64,000 nucleotides of DNA from an uncultured bacterium (GTDB taxonomy: Bacteria > Chloroflexota > UBA5177 > JANWHV01), in assembly GCA_963729625.1 (NCBI GenBank), contig CAVSOU010000010.1, positions 832,001-896,000 of the forward strand, given 5' to 3'. The stretch's first letter is position 1. Every line of letters starts with the position of its first letter. A program made the position numbers and the translations under genes. Below the pieces are notes generated by a model that was not told where the DNA came from, made no database searches, and worked only from the letters and a program-made list of their open reading frames with translations. Of this stretch, positions 19,214 to 28,610 are shown in pieces.

Positions 19214-19346
19214 TGTCGCATCGGCGCCCTGCCCGGCGAATTCGGAAAATGCACCTCGCGAAGAGGCTCTGTGGTTCGGTTTGCCCGTGACCTGGTTGGT
19301 CCGGCTTTGCGGCAGCGCAGACGCTCGCGACGCGCTGGTGGCTTCC

Positions 19347-19787
19347 TTACAAATGAATGACTTCGACGTCGCGCCAGTGGGCGGCCATTCGCTCGGCCAC
19401 CAGCCGGCGATGGCATTTCTCTGGCGTGGGCTCGCTGCACAGCAGGCAGGACGTCAGCTCCTCGAACTCGGCGCGGTTCAGCGACTCCGGGATTCCCCGA
19501 GTGTCCATCAGGGCCTCGAATCGCTCCACGTACCGGGACCAATCCGAATCGACGCGATGGTCCACAAGCATCTCCTTTGTCGGCGCCAGTCCCGGCATGT
19601 GTACATACTGGCAACCTCCTGCCAATCGTGACAGGAAGTATGGCAAGTCGTCTCTCTTGGCAAACCCCGACAGCTGCCCGTCCGGGCTAATACGAATATC
19701 GACCAGACGTTGGACGCCGTTCCTGGACAGCAGGTCAAAGAAGTCTTCCGCGCGCTTCTGCGTAAAACCGAGAGTGTAGAGCTTCAC
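19347..19787 (-). CDS. DUF488 family protein
   Basis: LYTLGF, LVDIR, SGFAK, CLLCSE...CHRRLVAE. Confidence 0.88.
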   Translation of the reverse strand: MKLYTLGFTQKRAEDFFDLLSRNGVQRLVDIRISPDGQLSGFAKRDDLPYFLSRLAGGCQYVHMPGLAPTKEMLVDHRVDSDWSRYVERFEALMDTRGIPESLNRAEFEELTSCLLCSEPTPEKCHRRLVAERMAAHWRDVEVIHL

Positions 19788-20184
19788 CAAACCGCTCCCG
19801 ATGACCGACAATGCAGGGTCGCTGGGAAGTCTACCATGAGCGCTCCGGCAAGGGACCAGGCCAGGCAGGTGCAGCGCGGCTTCCTGGGCTCTTGCCTCAA
19901 CAGCCGATCGCAGTTTCCGTCGCAGGATCCATCGGCGCCCCTCGCTTCAGCAGCATAGCCGGTCCACTCGAATCACGCACCTCACGAAAGGGCCATCGAG
20001 GGGCCAGAACCGCGCTTATTCTGGCATTTTGGATGCACTTGCAGGAGGCCAGTCGATCGCTTATAGTGGTAGTGGCTTTTTGGGGTGCCCGCCGACGTGA
20101 CATGCCGCACCGGGTGGAAACACGTAGGCCGGCGGAAGGGACTATCGTAGTGTCTATCAATCGGTTCTCGGAAGGACGTGCACG

Positions 20185-20349
20185 ATGACGCCCAACTTCA
20201 TGAACGCAACGGCCTACGTCTTCCACTGGAACGTCTTTACGGTCGATATTTACATCTCGGCGGCAAACCTCATCGTGATCGGCCTGATGTTGGTGGTCTT
20301 CGCGTTGGCGCTGGTGCTACCTCATCCCGCGGCGGGGAGGTTACGGTGA
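20185..20349 (+). CDS. 54-aa single-TM protein heading the cytochrome b operon (not in the ORF track)
   Basis: MTPNFMNATAYVFHWNVFTVDIYISAANLIVIGLMLVVFALALVLPHPAAGRLR; GGAAGGA RBS; GTGA overlap with the next gene. Confidence 0.75.
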   Translation: MTPNFMNATAYVFHWNVFTVDIYISAANLIVIGLMLVVFALALVLPHPAAGRLR

Positions 20350-20951
20350 GTCTGACGCGAGATCTCCAGCAGACGCTGGCCAAGACGCTCCCCTACGAGG
20401 AACTGTTACCCGATGAGCAGCCGGCCTACGTACACAGCTATGCCTACCTCTTCGGCGTGGCCACCATTGCGGGTTTCGTGCTGCTGATAGTGTCCGGCAT
20501 CGTGCTGGCCGCCTTCGGGCCGCAGTGGTGGCATTACTCAGGAGCCGGACACTTCTTCAACAGCGTCCATTTCTGGTCGGTACAGGCCTTCTTCTTCTTC
20601 ATGGTGCTCCATCTCTGGACCGCGTTCTTCCAGGCCGCCTGGCGCGATGGGCGCGGCCTGACGTGGGTGGCGGGCATGTTGACCTTCTTGGTCTCGATCG
20701 TCACGGCGTTCACCGGCTACCTTTCGCAGCAGAACTTCGCTTCCCAGTGGATCGCCATTCAAGGCAAGGACGCCATGAACTCCGTCGGCGTCGGCGCGTT
20801 CTTCAACCTGCTCAATTTCGGGCAGATGTACGGTTTCCATATCTTCATCTTGCCCTCGGTGGTTGCTTGCCTGATTGGCATCCACCTGGCGCTCGTGCGC
20901 ATGAAGGGCGTCGTAAAGCCGTATGACGAGCCTGAGGGGGTGCAGCGATGA
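20346..20951 (+). CDS. cytochrome b/b6 N-terminal domain protein
   Basis: Heme-ligand His pattern NSVHFW...MVLHLW and GFHIF...GIHL; FTGYL; GGGGAGG RBS. Confidence 0.9.
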   Translation: MSLTRDLQQTLAKTLPYEELLPDEQPAYVHSYAYLFGVATIAGFVLLIVSGIVLAAFGPQWWHYSGAGHFFNSVHFWSVQAFFFFMVLHLWTAFFQAAWRDGRGLTWVAGMLTFLVSIVTAFTGYLSQQNFASQWIAIQGKDAMNSVGVGAFFNLLNFGQMYGFHIFILPSVVACLIGIHLALVRMKGVVKPYDEPEGVQR

Positions 20952-21937
20952 CGGACCAGAAGAAGCTGTACTACCGCGGCGTCCGCATGGCACCCTACGA
21001 CCTCGTGAAGGAGCTCCTCGTGGCACTCCTGGTGGTGACGGTGCTCGTCATCGTCCTCGCCGCTGTATTCTCGTCGCCCGACGAGCCGCCGCTTACCTTA
21101 CAGAGCGTCGCCCGAACATCTCCGCAGATCTTCGTCCAGACCACACTCGACGAGCTTGACGGAAATAGCGATATCGCCGGCTACGGGCCACCCTATAACC
21201 ATAGCACCGGCTCGGTGCAGTACGTTGGCCCGCTTTCCGTGCAGGATCTCGTCGGCGTGCATATTCCGATTGATACTGCACAGGACTTTGTGCTCGGCCC
21301 CCTCTCGCAGGTTGCGCCTACTAACCTTACCTGGAAGGCAGCACTCGACCAGTTCAATGCCGCCTCGGCGAAGCAGCAGGCGGCTTGGGAGAGCGCCTAC
21401 GATACGGCGCTCGGCAAGGCCACACAGTCGGGCCTCCAGCTCTCCGTTCCGAGTTGTGCCTGCGGCCCAGTTCCCACCATGCTGTCCGCCTTGCTCGAGC
21501 TAGGACAGCAGGGAGCGATGGACGGGCTGTTACTGACGAACGGCCACTTCTACCAGACTGACTACACTCGGCCGCTGCTCTTCATGCAGAACGATGCCGT
21601 GGCCAATCGTGGCGCCCAGCTCGATCTTCAGGGCTCGCAGTGGGGCGTGATGAACGAGACGGGGAACTACCCGGGGCAGGCCTGGCTATGGCTGTACACG
21701 CTGTTCTACCAGGTGCCGCCATACACCACCGCCTGGGCCGCCAACACCGACCTACTGGCGGTGCTCAGCGTCACGATCCTGTCTCTGATCGTGCTGTTCC
21801 TGCCCTGGATTCCCGGCTTGAACCGATTGCCCCGCGGCCTCAAGGTCTACCGACTGATCTGGAAGGATTTCTATCGGGAGCAGAGCGCCTCGCCGCCTGC
21901 CAAGCCTGCGAGCCCGCCCGCAGCCGGAGCGGGGTGA
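20948..21937 (+). CDS. cytochrome b6-associated membrane protein (subunit IV-like with large extracytoplasmic loop)
   Basis: YDLVKE + TM helix; YPGQAWLWLYTLFYQ; C-terminal TM; ATGA overlap. Confidence 0.8.
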   Translation: MTDQKKLYYRGVRMAPYDLVKELLVALLVVTVLVIVLAAVFSSPDEPPLTLQSVARTSPQIFVQTTLDELDGNSDIAGYGPPYNHSTGSVQYVGPLSVQDLVGVHIPIDTAQDFVLGPLSQVAPTNLTWKAALDQFNAASAKQQAAWESAYDTALGKATQSGLQLSVPSCACGPVPTMLSALLELGQQGAMDGLLLTNGHFYQTDYTRPLLFMQNDAVANRGAQLDLQGSQWGVMNETGNYPGQAWLWLYTLFYQVPPYTTAWAANTDLLAVLSVTILSLIVLFLPWIPGLNRLPRGLKVYRLIWKDFYREQSASPPAKPASPPAAGAG

Positions 21938-22179
21938 TCGTGGACTGGCAAGCGCTCCGTGCGAATGCCCTGCTGTTGCTTGCCACCCTCTGCGGCATTG
22001 TCGGCATGGCGACGGTGTTCACAGCGGCCACGGATGGCAAGCCGAGCGACCTGGTCCTCGGTCTGCCTCTGCTGTTCGTCGGGCTGTGGTGGTCCGGGAT
22101 CCAGCTCGGCCGAAGCCAGGCTGCCGGCCGTGCTCGCCGGGCCGCGAGGCTGCGGGCCCGCTCTCCTGACGGGGGTTGA
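21934..22179 (+). CDS. small two-TM membrane protein
   Basis: GTG overlapping the upstream stop (GTGA); two hydrophobic helices; basic tail. Confidence 0.65.
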   Translation: MIVDWQALRANALLLLATLCGIVGMATVFTAATDGKPSDLVLGLPLLFVGLWWSGIQLGRSQAAGRARRAARLRARSPDGG

Positions 22180-22353
22180 GTCGCTGTGGCCTGCACTGGT
22201 GCAGTCCAGCACCGGCGGCGAGCCAGCACACGGCGCGGCTACGCCGTTCGGGCCGTGCAGGCGTGTGCCCGCAGCCAGGTGACTGTGGAACACGTGAAAC
22301 TGGTCAGTGAACACGGCCGGCAGCAGTGTCCGACGGAGCGACCTGTCTGCTGC

Positions 22354-22466
22354 CCACGCAACGCGCTTCGACAACGTGAGGCCCCGGAGCGGCGCCCGGC
22401 TGGTCGCGGCTACATCCTGCAGATCAACCACGCAACGCGCTTCGACAACGTGAGGCCCCGGAGCGG
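22354..22466. repeat. 39-bp perfect direct repeat, two copies, 35-bp spacer
   Basis: CCACGCAACGCGCTTCGACAACGTGAGGCCCCGGAGCGG at 22354-22392 and 22428-22466. Confidence 0.85.
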
Positions 22467-22507
22467 GCTTGGGCCGGCGCGGTCGCGAACTCTTCGAAAG
22501 GATAGCA

Positions 22508-23470
22508 ATGGAAGCACCGACCTTTCGTGATGTATTATGGGCGCGCAAGCGCATTCGACCGTATCTTGCTCCGACACCCATGTATCACTACGCTGCCCTC
22601 GACGCGCTGATCGGTGCCGACGTGTGGGTGAAACACGAAAACTACCAGCCGATCGGTGTATTCAAGGCCCGCGGAGCGATCAACTACATGGCACAACTGG
22701 ACCCCACGGCAAAGGTCCGCGGCGTCATTACCGCGTCGACTGGTAACCATGGGCAATCCATTGCCTACGCAGCACAACTCTTCGGCGTTCCGGCCCGAGT
22801 TGTCGTGCCTGACGGAGCTAACCCGAGCAAGGTGGCTGCCATAGAAGCCATGGGAGCGGACGTCATCATCCATGGGGTAACGTTTGATGACGCTCGCAAG
22901 CACGGCGAAGCTCTCGCGCTTGAGCGCGGCTACCTCTACGTGCAGCCATCGAACGAGCCGCTGCTCATCGCGGGCGTTGCGACCGCGTCCCTTGAGATGC
23001 TCGAAGAAGTGCCAGGCCTCGATGCGATCATCGTGCCTGTGGGAGGAGGTACCGGCGCCGCGGGCGCGTGCATCACCGCGAGCGCTCTCAGTCCCTCACT
23101 GCGCGTCATCGCAGTCCAGGCCGCGGCTTCTCCTGCCGCGTTCGAGTCATGGCGAGCGCGGAGCCTTCTCGAAGCGCCCAACCGCACGTTTGCGGAAGGC
23201 ATGGCGACGGGGATCGGTTTTAGCCTGACGCAGGGCATCATGTGGGAAGGGTTGAGCAGTTTTGTGCTCGTCGAAGAGGACGAAATACGACGAGCCATGG
23301 TCTGGATGATCCAGCGCGCCCATACCATTGCGGAAGGGGCTGGAGCCGCCCCGCTCGCGGCGGCGTACAGTATTCGTGAGCAGCTAGTCGGCAAGAAGGT
23401 AGGACTCGTTTGCTCCGGCGGCAACACGTCGCTCGCGCACCTGCGTGCGGCCCTGGACCTGCGCCAGTAG
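22508..23470 (+). CDS. threonine/serine dehydratase (PLP fold II)
   Basis: KHENYQPIGVFKARGA, ASTGNHG, VPVGGGTG, AEGAGA, CSGGN. Confidence 0.92.
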   Translation: MEAPTFRDVLWARKRIRPYLAPTPMYHYAALDALIGADVWVKHENYQPIGVFKARGAINYMAQLDPTAKVRGVITASTGNHGQSIAYAAQLFGVPARVVVPDGANPSKVAAIEAMGADVIIHGVTFDDARKHGEALALERGYLYVQPSNEPLLIAGVATASLEMLEEVPGLDAIIVPVGGGTGAAGACITASALSPSLRVIAVQAAASPAAFESWRARSLLEAPNRTFAEGMATGIGFSLTQGIMWEGLSSFVLVEEDEIRRAMVWMIQRAHTIAEGAGAAPLAAAYSIREQLVGKKVGLVCSGGNTSLAHLRAALDLRQ

Positions 23471-23555
23471 GTCCGCGCGACGTCAGCTCACAGCATAGCA
23501 TTCACGACTTCCGTGCCGCCTCTCGAAGCGCGCTGAGTCATTCAAAGGAGAAGTG

Positions 23556-24191
23556 ATGCTGATCGAACATCAGGGCCGGAGCCCTCGCATCGATCCTTCG
23601 GCCTACGTTGCCCCGACGGCTACAGTTTGTGGCGACGTGGTCGTCGGCGCAGACAGCCGAATCCTCTTTGGAGCGGTGCTGACAGCAGAGGGCGGTCCCA
23701 TCGTTGTTGGCTCGCACTGCATCATCATGGAACATGCAGTTCTACGCGGCACGAGACGCCATCCATTGCGGCTGGGCATCCACGTCCTGGTCGGGCCGCG
23801 AGCCTATCTCAGCGGTTGCACTGTCGAGGATGATGTGTTTCTGGCGACAGGCGCCTCGGTATTCAATGGAGCGCGAGTCGGCCAACGCGCTGAGGTGCGC
23901 ATCAACGCTGTTGTACATCTCAAAACGGTGCTTTCACCCGATTCAACAGTGCCTATCGGTTGGATTGCGGTCGGCGACCCGGCGGCGATTCTGCCGCCCG
24001 GCGAGCATGAGCGAATCTGGGCCATTCAGGAGCGACTGAACTTCCCGCGCGAAGTGTTCGGCCTTGAGCGGCCGCGCGCCGGCCAGTCCATCATGGAGCC
24101 GCTTACCAAACGATACGCTCGAGCATTGTCAGCGCACTGCGATGACTTACTCATCTCGTCGGTGGGCGAGGCAGATTCTGTCGACGACTAG
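23556..24191 (+). CDS. gamma-carbonic-anhydrase-like hexapeptide repeat protein
   Basis: PRIDPSAYVAPTATVCGDV and hexapeptide repeats; AAAGGAG RBS. Confidence 0.88.
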   Translation: MLIEHQGRSPRIDPSAYVAPTATVCGDVVVGADSRILFGAVLTAEGGPIVVGSHCIIMEHAVLRGTRRHPLRLGIHVLVGPRAYLSGCTVEDDVFLATGASVFNGARVGQRAEVRINAVVHLKTVLSPDSTVPIGWIAVGDPAAILPPGEHERIWAIQERLNFPREVFGLERPRAGQSIMEPLTKRYARALSAHCDDLLISSVGEADSVDD

Positions 24192-24256
24192 CGCAGGTCA
24201 GGCGTGGCGGGATTCCGGCGCCCGAGGGGCTGTCGGCCTCCGCGTGTCGTTCGAGG

Positions 24257-24517
24257 GTGGGCATGCAGCGAACGAGCCAAGGAAGCAGCGCGTACAAGAC
24301 CGCATACGTGGCGCACGGCCTGCCGGCATACCTCAAGCTGTCGAGCAAGGGGAATAGTCTGAGTGCCTACTACAGTAACGACGGGCTCAGCTACGCGCTG
24401 GTCTCGGGTTCCACCCAGACGCTGAGCCTCGCCTCCAACCTGCTGGCGGCCATGGTCGTCACTTCGCTCGACGCACCTGCTCTGGGGGCCGTGACCCTGA
24501 CTGACGTTACCCTCTAA
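24257..24517 (+). pseudogene. C-terminal fragment of a ConA-like (DUF1349-type) domain
   Basis: PAYLKLSSKGNSLSAYYSNDG...MVVTS pattern; no convincing start or RBS. Confidence 0.5.
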
Positions 24518-24556
24518 GGCCTAACCGATCGCACGGCAAGAAATCACCAATGCCTG

Positions 24557-24591
24557 GAGGCCCCATCGCATCCTTGGACCGATAGGGCCTC
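24557..24591. terminator. hairpin downstream of the ferredoxin gene
   Basis: GAGGCCCCATCG / CGATAGGGCCTC inverted repeat with one mismatch. Confidence 0.5.
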
Positions 24592-24610
24592 GTACGAGTA
24601 TCGAGGCAGC

Positions 24611-24850
24611 CTAGTTGTTGCGGAAGAAGTCGGCGTTGACCTCGACAAACTTGACCTTATCCGCCGGAACGTCGTCCAGCGCCATGATCGCGCCGTAGTC
24701 GCACTCTGGAACACATGCTCCGCAGTCGATGCACTCGTCAGGATTCACGAAATACATCTCGGCTTCCGGGGTCGTCTGAATGCACTCGACAGGGCACGCG
24801 GCCACGCAGTTCTCATCTTTTGTGCATGCATCGGTAATGATATATACCAT
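24611..24850 (-). CDS. dicluster ferredoxin (FdxA-like)
   Basis: CTKDENCVAACPVECI and CIDCGACVPEC; GGAGGAG RBS. Confidence 0.93.
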   Translation of the reverse strand: MVYIITDACTKDENCVAACPVECIQTTPEAEMYFVNPDECIDCGACVPECDYGAIMALDDVPADKVKFVEVNADFFRNN

Positions 24851-25190
24851 GGTCTTCTCCTCCGAATATGCTTGCTGACACCCACCAGCATTGAACTCTA
24901 CAGAACCAGACTACTCAACCAATGCGATCTTGACACCCGCCATTCTGTACGAATCTGGCTGCTGAACAGCATCTATTGCATGGGCCGGTCCGCGGCGTTA
25001 CAGGGGTCAAGTGGGCATTCCGGTGATGTCAACTGGATCCAGCGTCATCGCGAAACCAGCATTCTCGTCGCGCGAGAGGCGAACGGGATGCTCCCCGATT
25101 CGCGAATCGACGGTGACGCCGCGACGTCGAGCCCGAGGCAGGTGACAAGCTGCTTCCGCAGGATTGGCTACACTGAGGTTCAGGGGGCAT

Positions 25191-26240
25191 GTGAACGACA
25201 GCAGCAACTCGCCGACAGAAAGGCGCAAGCTCGAGCACATCCGCATCAATGTGCAGGAGGACGTGCAGAGCAAGGGTGTCTCCAACGGGTTTGAGGCATT
25301 CCGGCTCGAGCATTGTGCCCTTCCCGAGGTTGATTTTGCCAATGTGTCCATAGCCTGCGAGCTATTTGGTCATGCGCTCGGCGCGCCGCTACTCATCTCC
25401 TCGATGACAGGAGGCGTGCCGCGCGCACAGGAGATCAATCAGAGTCTCGCCCGCGCCGCGCAGCGCTTGCGGGTGGCTATGGGTCTTGGATCACAGCGGG
25501 TCGCGCTGGAAAAGCAGGATGCGGAGATGTACTTTCGCGTGCGCGACCTTGCGCCCGACATCCTGCTCTTCGCGAACCTGGGCGCGGTGCAACTGAATTA
25601 CGGGTACGGTGTGGACGAGTGTCTCCGTGCGATTGAAATCGCCGGAGCCGACGCACTGTTCCTGCACCTCAATCCCCTGCAGGAAGCACTGCAGCCCGAG
25701 GGCGACACGAACTTCGCCGGCTTGGCGGATCGTATTGGCGCCGTCTGCCGCGGACTCGACGTGCCGGTCGTGGTCAAGGAAGTGGGCTGGGGTATCTCCA
25801 GACAGGCTGCCACGATACTGGCCGATCTTGGTGTGGCCGCTATCGACGTGGCCGGCGCGGGCGGAACCTCATGGAGTGAGGTCGAGCGGCACCGCGCGCC
25901 CTCAGAGCTTCGCCGGCGAATTGCCGGGTCGTTCGCCGGCTGGGGTATCAGCACGGCTGAATGCCTGGTCGAGGTGCGGCGCGCGGTGCCGCAACTGCCG
26001 ATTATCGCCAGCGGCGGTATGAGATCTGGGGTCGATGTGGCGAAGGCAATTGCCCTTGGTGCCTCGCTCGCTGGCCTGGCGTCGCCGGTGCTGCGCGCCG
26101 CATCGGAATCCGCCGAGGCCGCCTACGAGGAGTTGTACGCAGTGGCCGAGGAACTGCGCATTTGCATGTTCTGCACCGGCGCTGCCTCGTTGCCAGAACT
26201 CCGTTCACCTGGGCGAATCGTTCGACTGCCTTCGTGCTAG
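25191..26240 (+). CDS. fni: type 2 isopentenyl-diphosphate isomerase
   Basis: RKLEHI, ISSMTGG, GSQR, HLNPLQE, KEVGWG, AGAGGTSW, ASGGMR. Confidence 0.95.
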   Translation: MNDSSNSPTERRKLEHIRINVQEDVQSKGVSNGFEAFRLEHCALPEVDFANVSIACELFGHALGAPLLISSMTGGVPRAQEINQSLARAAQRLRVAMGLGSQRVALEKQDAEMYFRVRDLAPDILLFANLGAVQLNYGYGVDECLRAIEIAGADALFLHLNPLQEALQPEGDTNFAGLADRIGAVCRGLDVPVVVKEVGWGISRQAATILADLGVAAIDVAGAGGTSWSEVERHRAPSELRRRIAGSFAGWGISTAECLVEVRRAVPQLPIIASGGMRSGVDVAKAIALGASLAGLASPVLRAASESAEAAYEELYAVAEELRICMFCTGAASLPELRSPGRIVRLPSC

Positions 26241-26368
26241 TACTGCATCAAGGCCTGCTGGTGAAACGGCATATCAGGATCGCTCGGCGACGAGCCACTC
26301 GAGGGGCTGCCACCCTGCCTTGACCGATGACGGCCGGGCCGGTGCACACCAGACGAAAGAAAAGCACG

Positions 26369-27079
26369 CTAGTAGCGCCAGGTCCTGCCGATCCCCCAGT
26401 TCGCGAGCGCCCACCGGACAAACATCAGAGGCACGTTGAGGCGCATGGGCAGCCGGCGAAGCCTTCGTGGAGATGTCGCGATCCAGCTGTCGTCCACCTG
26501 GCACATCGGCACCCCAGTCTGTTGTACGCGGGCAAGGAACTCCCGGTCCTCGGCCAGGCGAAGGTCCTCCCGAAAACCCCGATGCTTGATGAAGAGCGCC
26601 CGGCTACAGAAGAACATCTGAGCCTGGTGCGAGAATAGGCGCTTGCCAAACTCCATCAGACCGAAAAACGCGCGATCCAGCCAATCTTCCGAATCGGCGA
26701 CGACTCGGATGCTGCCGGCGGCGAAGCCCGCTTCGGCGAAGCCCAGTACCTGGGCGGCGAGGTCCGGCGCCATTCGCGAGTCGGCATCCATGAAGATGAG
26801 CCACTCGCCGCGCGCCGATCGTGCGCCCAAGTTCTTCGTCCGAGATACGCCGGCTACAGGTTCAGACGCCAGTAGCACGGCCAGATCCGGCCGCGCGCGG
26901 CGAAATCGATCTATCGCTGCGGCGGTTCCGTCCGTCGACGCATTGTCCACCACGACCGCTTCGATCTGCGCCAGCGGCAATGACTGCGAAGCTACCGAAG
27001 CAAGCGCACGCTCGATATACTCCTGCTCGTTCCTTGCCGGAATGATCACCGAGAGGCGAGGTTCAGTGCCTGCGTTCAA
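26369..27079 (-). CDS. family 2 glycosyltransferase
   Basis: SVIIPARNE, VVDNASTDGT, FMDAD, LAEDREF, TSPRR; TTG start with GGAG RBS. Confidence 0.88.
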   Translation of the reverse strand: MNAGTEPRLSVIIPARNEQEYIERALASVASQSLPLAQIEAVVVDNASTDGTAAAIDRFRRARPDLAVLLASEPVAGVSRTKNLGARSARGEWLIFMDADSRMAPDLAAQVLGFAEAGFAAGSIRVVADSEDWLDRAFFGLMEFGKRLFSHQAQMFFCSRALFIKHRGFREDLRLAEDREFLARVQQTGVPMCQVDDSWIATSPRRLRRLPMRLNVPLMFVRWALANWGIGRTWRY

Positions 27080-27875
27080 GAACCTGCTCCACGGTTTGAA
27101 GCACGGCGGTCCGGGGCAGCTTGGCCCCGCCCTGCGCAAGTGTGGTCAGCGTGGCATGGGCAAGCGCGAGCGGAATGGCGCAGAACTCGCACACCGGTCC
27201 CGCCGGGAGCGCACCTGTGTAAGCGTCGGCGAGCGCAAGCTGGCGATAGGCATACGCAAACATGTGCTCATCACGCCAGCCGGCCGGGAAGAAGTCGACT
27301 CCTCGTCCCAGATCGTCGCGGCGATTGCGAAGTATGTTGACCGCCTGCAGACCTCTGCCGAACCCTACCGCCTCCGCGCGGCTGGTCTGCGTGCCATCGT
27401 GCCAGGACCACAGGTCGGAGAGTAGCAGTCCGACTGAGCCCGCGACGCCAAACGTGTACCGATCCAGGTCCATTTCGGACACAATGCGCCAGCTGTTCTC
27501 AGCCCAGCCGGCCATCCGCTCCGCCATGGTTGCAGTCGACTCCCACACACGGGGTGCGATGGCTCGAGGCGCAAGCAGCGCCCAATCGCCTATGCGCAGC
27601 GTTACGTCCTCCAGCACGGCCCTGTGCTCTCGGAACACGGAGCGGAAGCTTGCGGTGCTGAAGTCCGACTGCAGGATCCGGCTGATGGACCGCAACAGAA
27701 TAGCCTTCGAGTGGTTGTCGAGGGTGGGATGATCCTCTACCTGGTCGATGGCGCGCATGCACAGGTAGCCTGACATGACTGCCTCATGCAGTTGGCCCGG
27801 TAGCCTGCTGATTGGAATCGAGAAGGTGCGGCTGGTCTCTCTGAGAACGGTGAGTGCTTCATCCTGCATCGACAT
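27063..27875 (-). CDS. squalene/phytoene synthase family protein (SQS/YisP-like)
   Basis: ETSRTF, YLCMRAIDQVED, YTFGVAGSVG, FGRGLQAVNILR, FCAIP. Confidence 0.9.
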   Translation of the reverse strand: MSMQDEALTVLRETSRTFSIPISRLPGQLHEAVMSGYLCMRAIDQVEDHPTLDNHSKAILLRSISRILQSDFSTASFRSVFREHRAVLEDVTLRIGDWALLAPRAIAPRVWESTATMAERMAGWAENSWRIVSEMDLDRYTFGVAGSVGLLLSDLWSWHDGTQTSRAEAVGFGRGLQAVNILRNRRDDLGRGVDFFPAGWRDEHMFAYAYRQLALADAYTGALPAGPVCEFCAIPLALAHATLTTLAQGGAKLPRTAVLQTVEQVLERRH

Positions 27876-27890
27876 CGCTAGACACCCTTC

Positions 27891-28508
27891 CTATTGGAGC
27901 CCACCAGTCGACAACAATCGCAGGCCCGCCTTCAGCGCGCGCGCCGATCTCCACGAGTAGTAAGGCGCCAGACGAGCCAGCCAAGACAACTCCTTCCAGG
28001 ACGACCATCGCCGCACGGCGCGGAGGGGCCGTTCCCACTCGGCCGAGATCTCGCGACCCGCGCAGTCCAGCACCACCCGGACCGTCGCTGTCCGCGCACC
28101 AGTCTCCGCCAGCCTACCTGTCTCCATATCCACACCAACGAAACCACGGTCCGCCCAGGCTCTTCGTGCCGGGCCAACGACCATGCGTTGTGCCGTCAAC
28201 AGCGGACGACTGTCGAAGCTGATGCGCGCATCGTTCAATGCTGCGTGCAGTGCTTCCACGGCGTCGCGGTCGCAGTCGAAGAACCGCCCATCGGCGACAC
28301 CAACGCGCTCGGGAACCAAGAACGTGCCCGGCCGCACGTCGGCCGCCAGCGCGCCGGCAAGCCCGCAAACCAGGTAGAGACGATCGTGCTCCCATCGGCT
28401 CCGCCTTGACAGACCGGTTCCTGACCAGGTGACGTCCGCGCAGGGCAACACACACTTCGCTGCGACATATTCAAGGAGCGTCGGCGCCACAACTGCCGGG
28501 TGTCTCAT
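27891..28508 (-). CDS. hpnG: hopanoid-associated nucleoside phosphorylase (HpnG-like)
   Basis: VCGLAGAL, GVDMET, VRVVLD; lies in the hopanoid cluster. Confidence 0.72.
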   Translation of the reverse strand: MRHPAVVAPTLLEYVAAKCVLPCADVTWSGTGLSRRSRWEHDRLYLVCGLAGALAADVRPGTFLVPERVGVADGRFFDCDRDAVEALHAALNDARISFDSRPLLTAQRMVVGPARRAWADRGFVGVDMETGRLAETGARTATVRVVLDCAGREISAEWERPLRAVRRWSSWKELSWLARLAPYYSWRSARALKAGLRLLSTGGLQ

Positions 28509-28610
28509 CGCTGCTGGTCAGACGCTACACGCTACGCGCGTCGGTCCAAACCCTGGAGCCGCGAGGTTGCGCTGGGATTGCGAGCATGCGTGATTGCCCC
28601 CTGCCTGCGC

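Noticed and set aside
22354-22466. CRISPR array call
   Set aside because: Only two repeats, no cas genes and no leader; kept only as a direct repeat.
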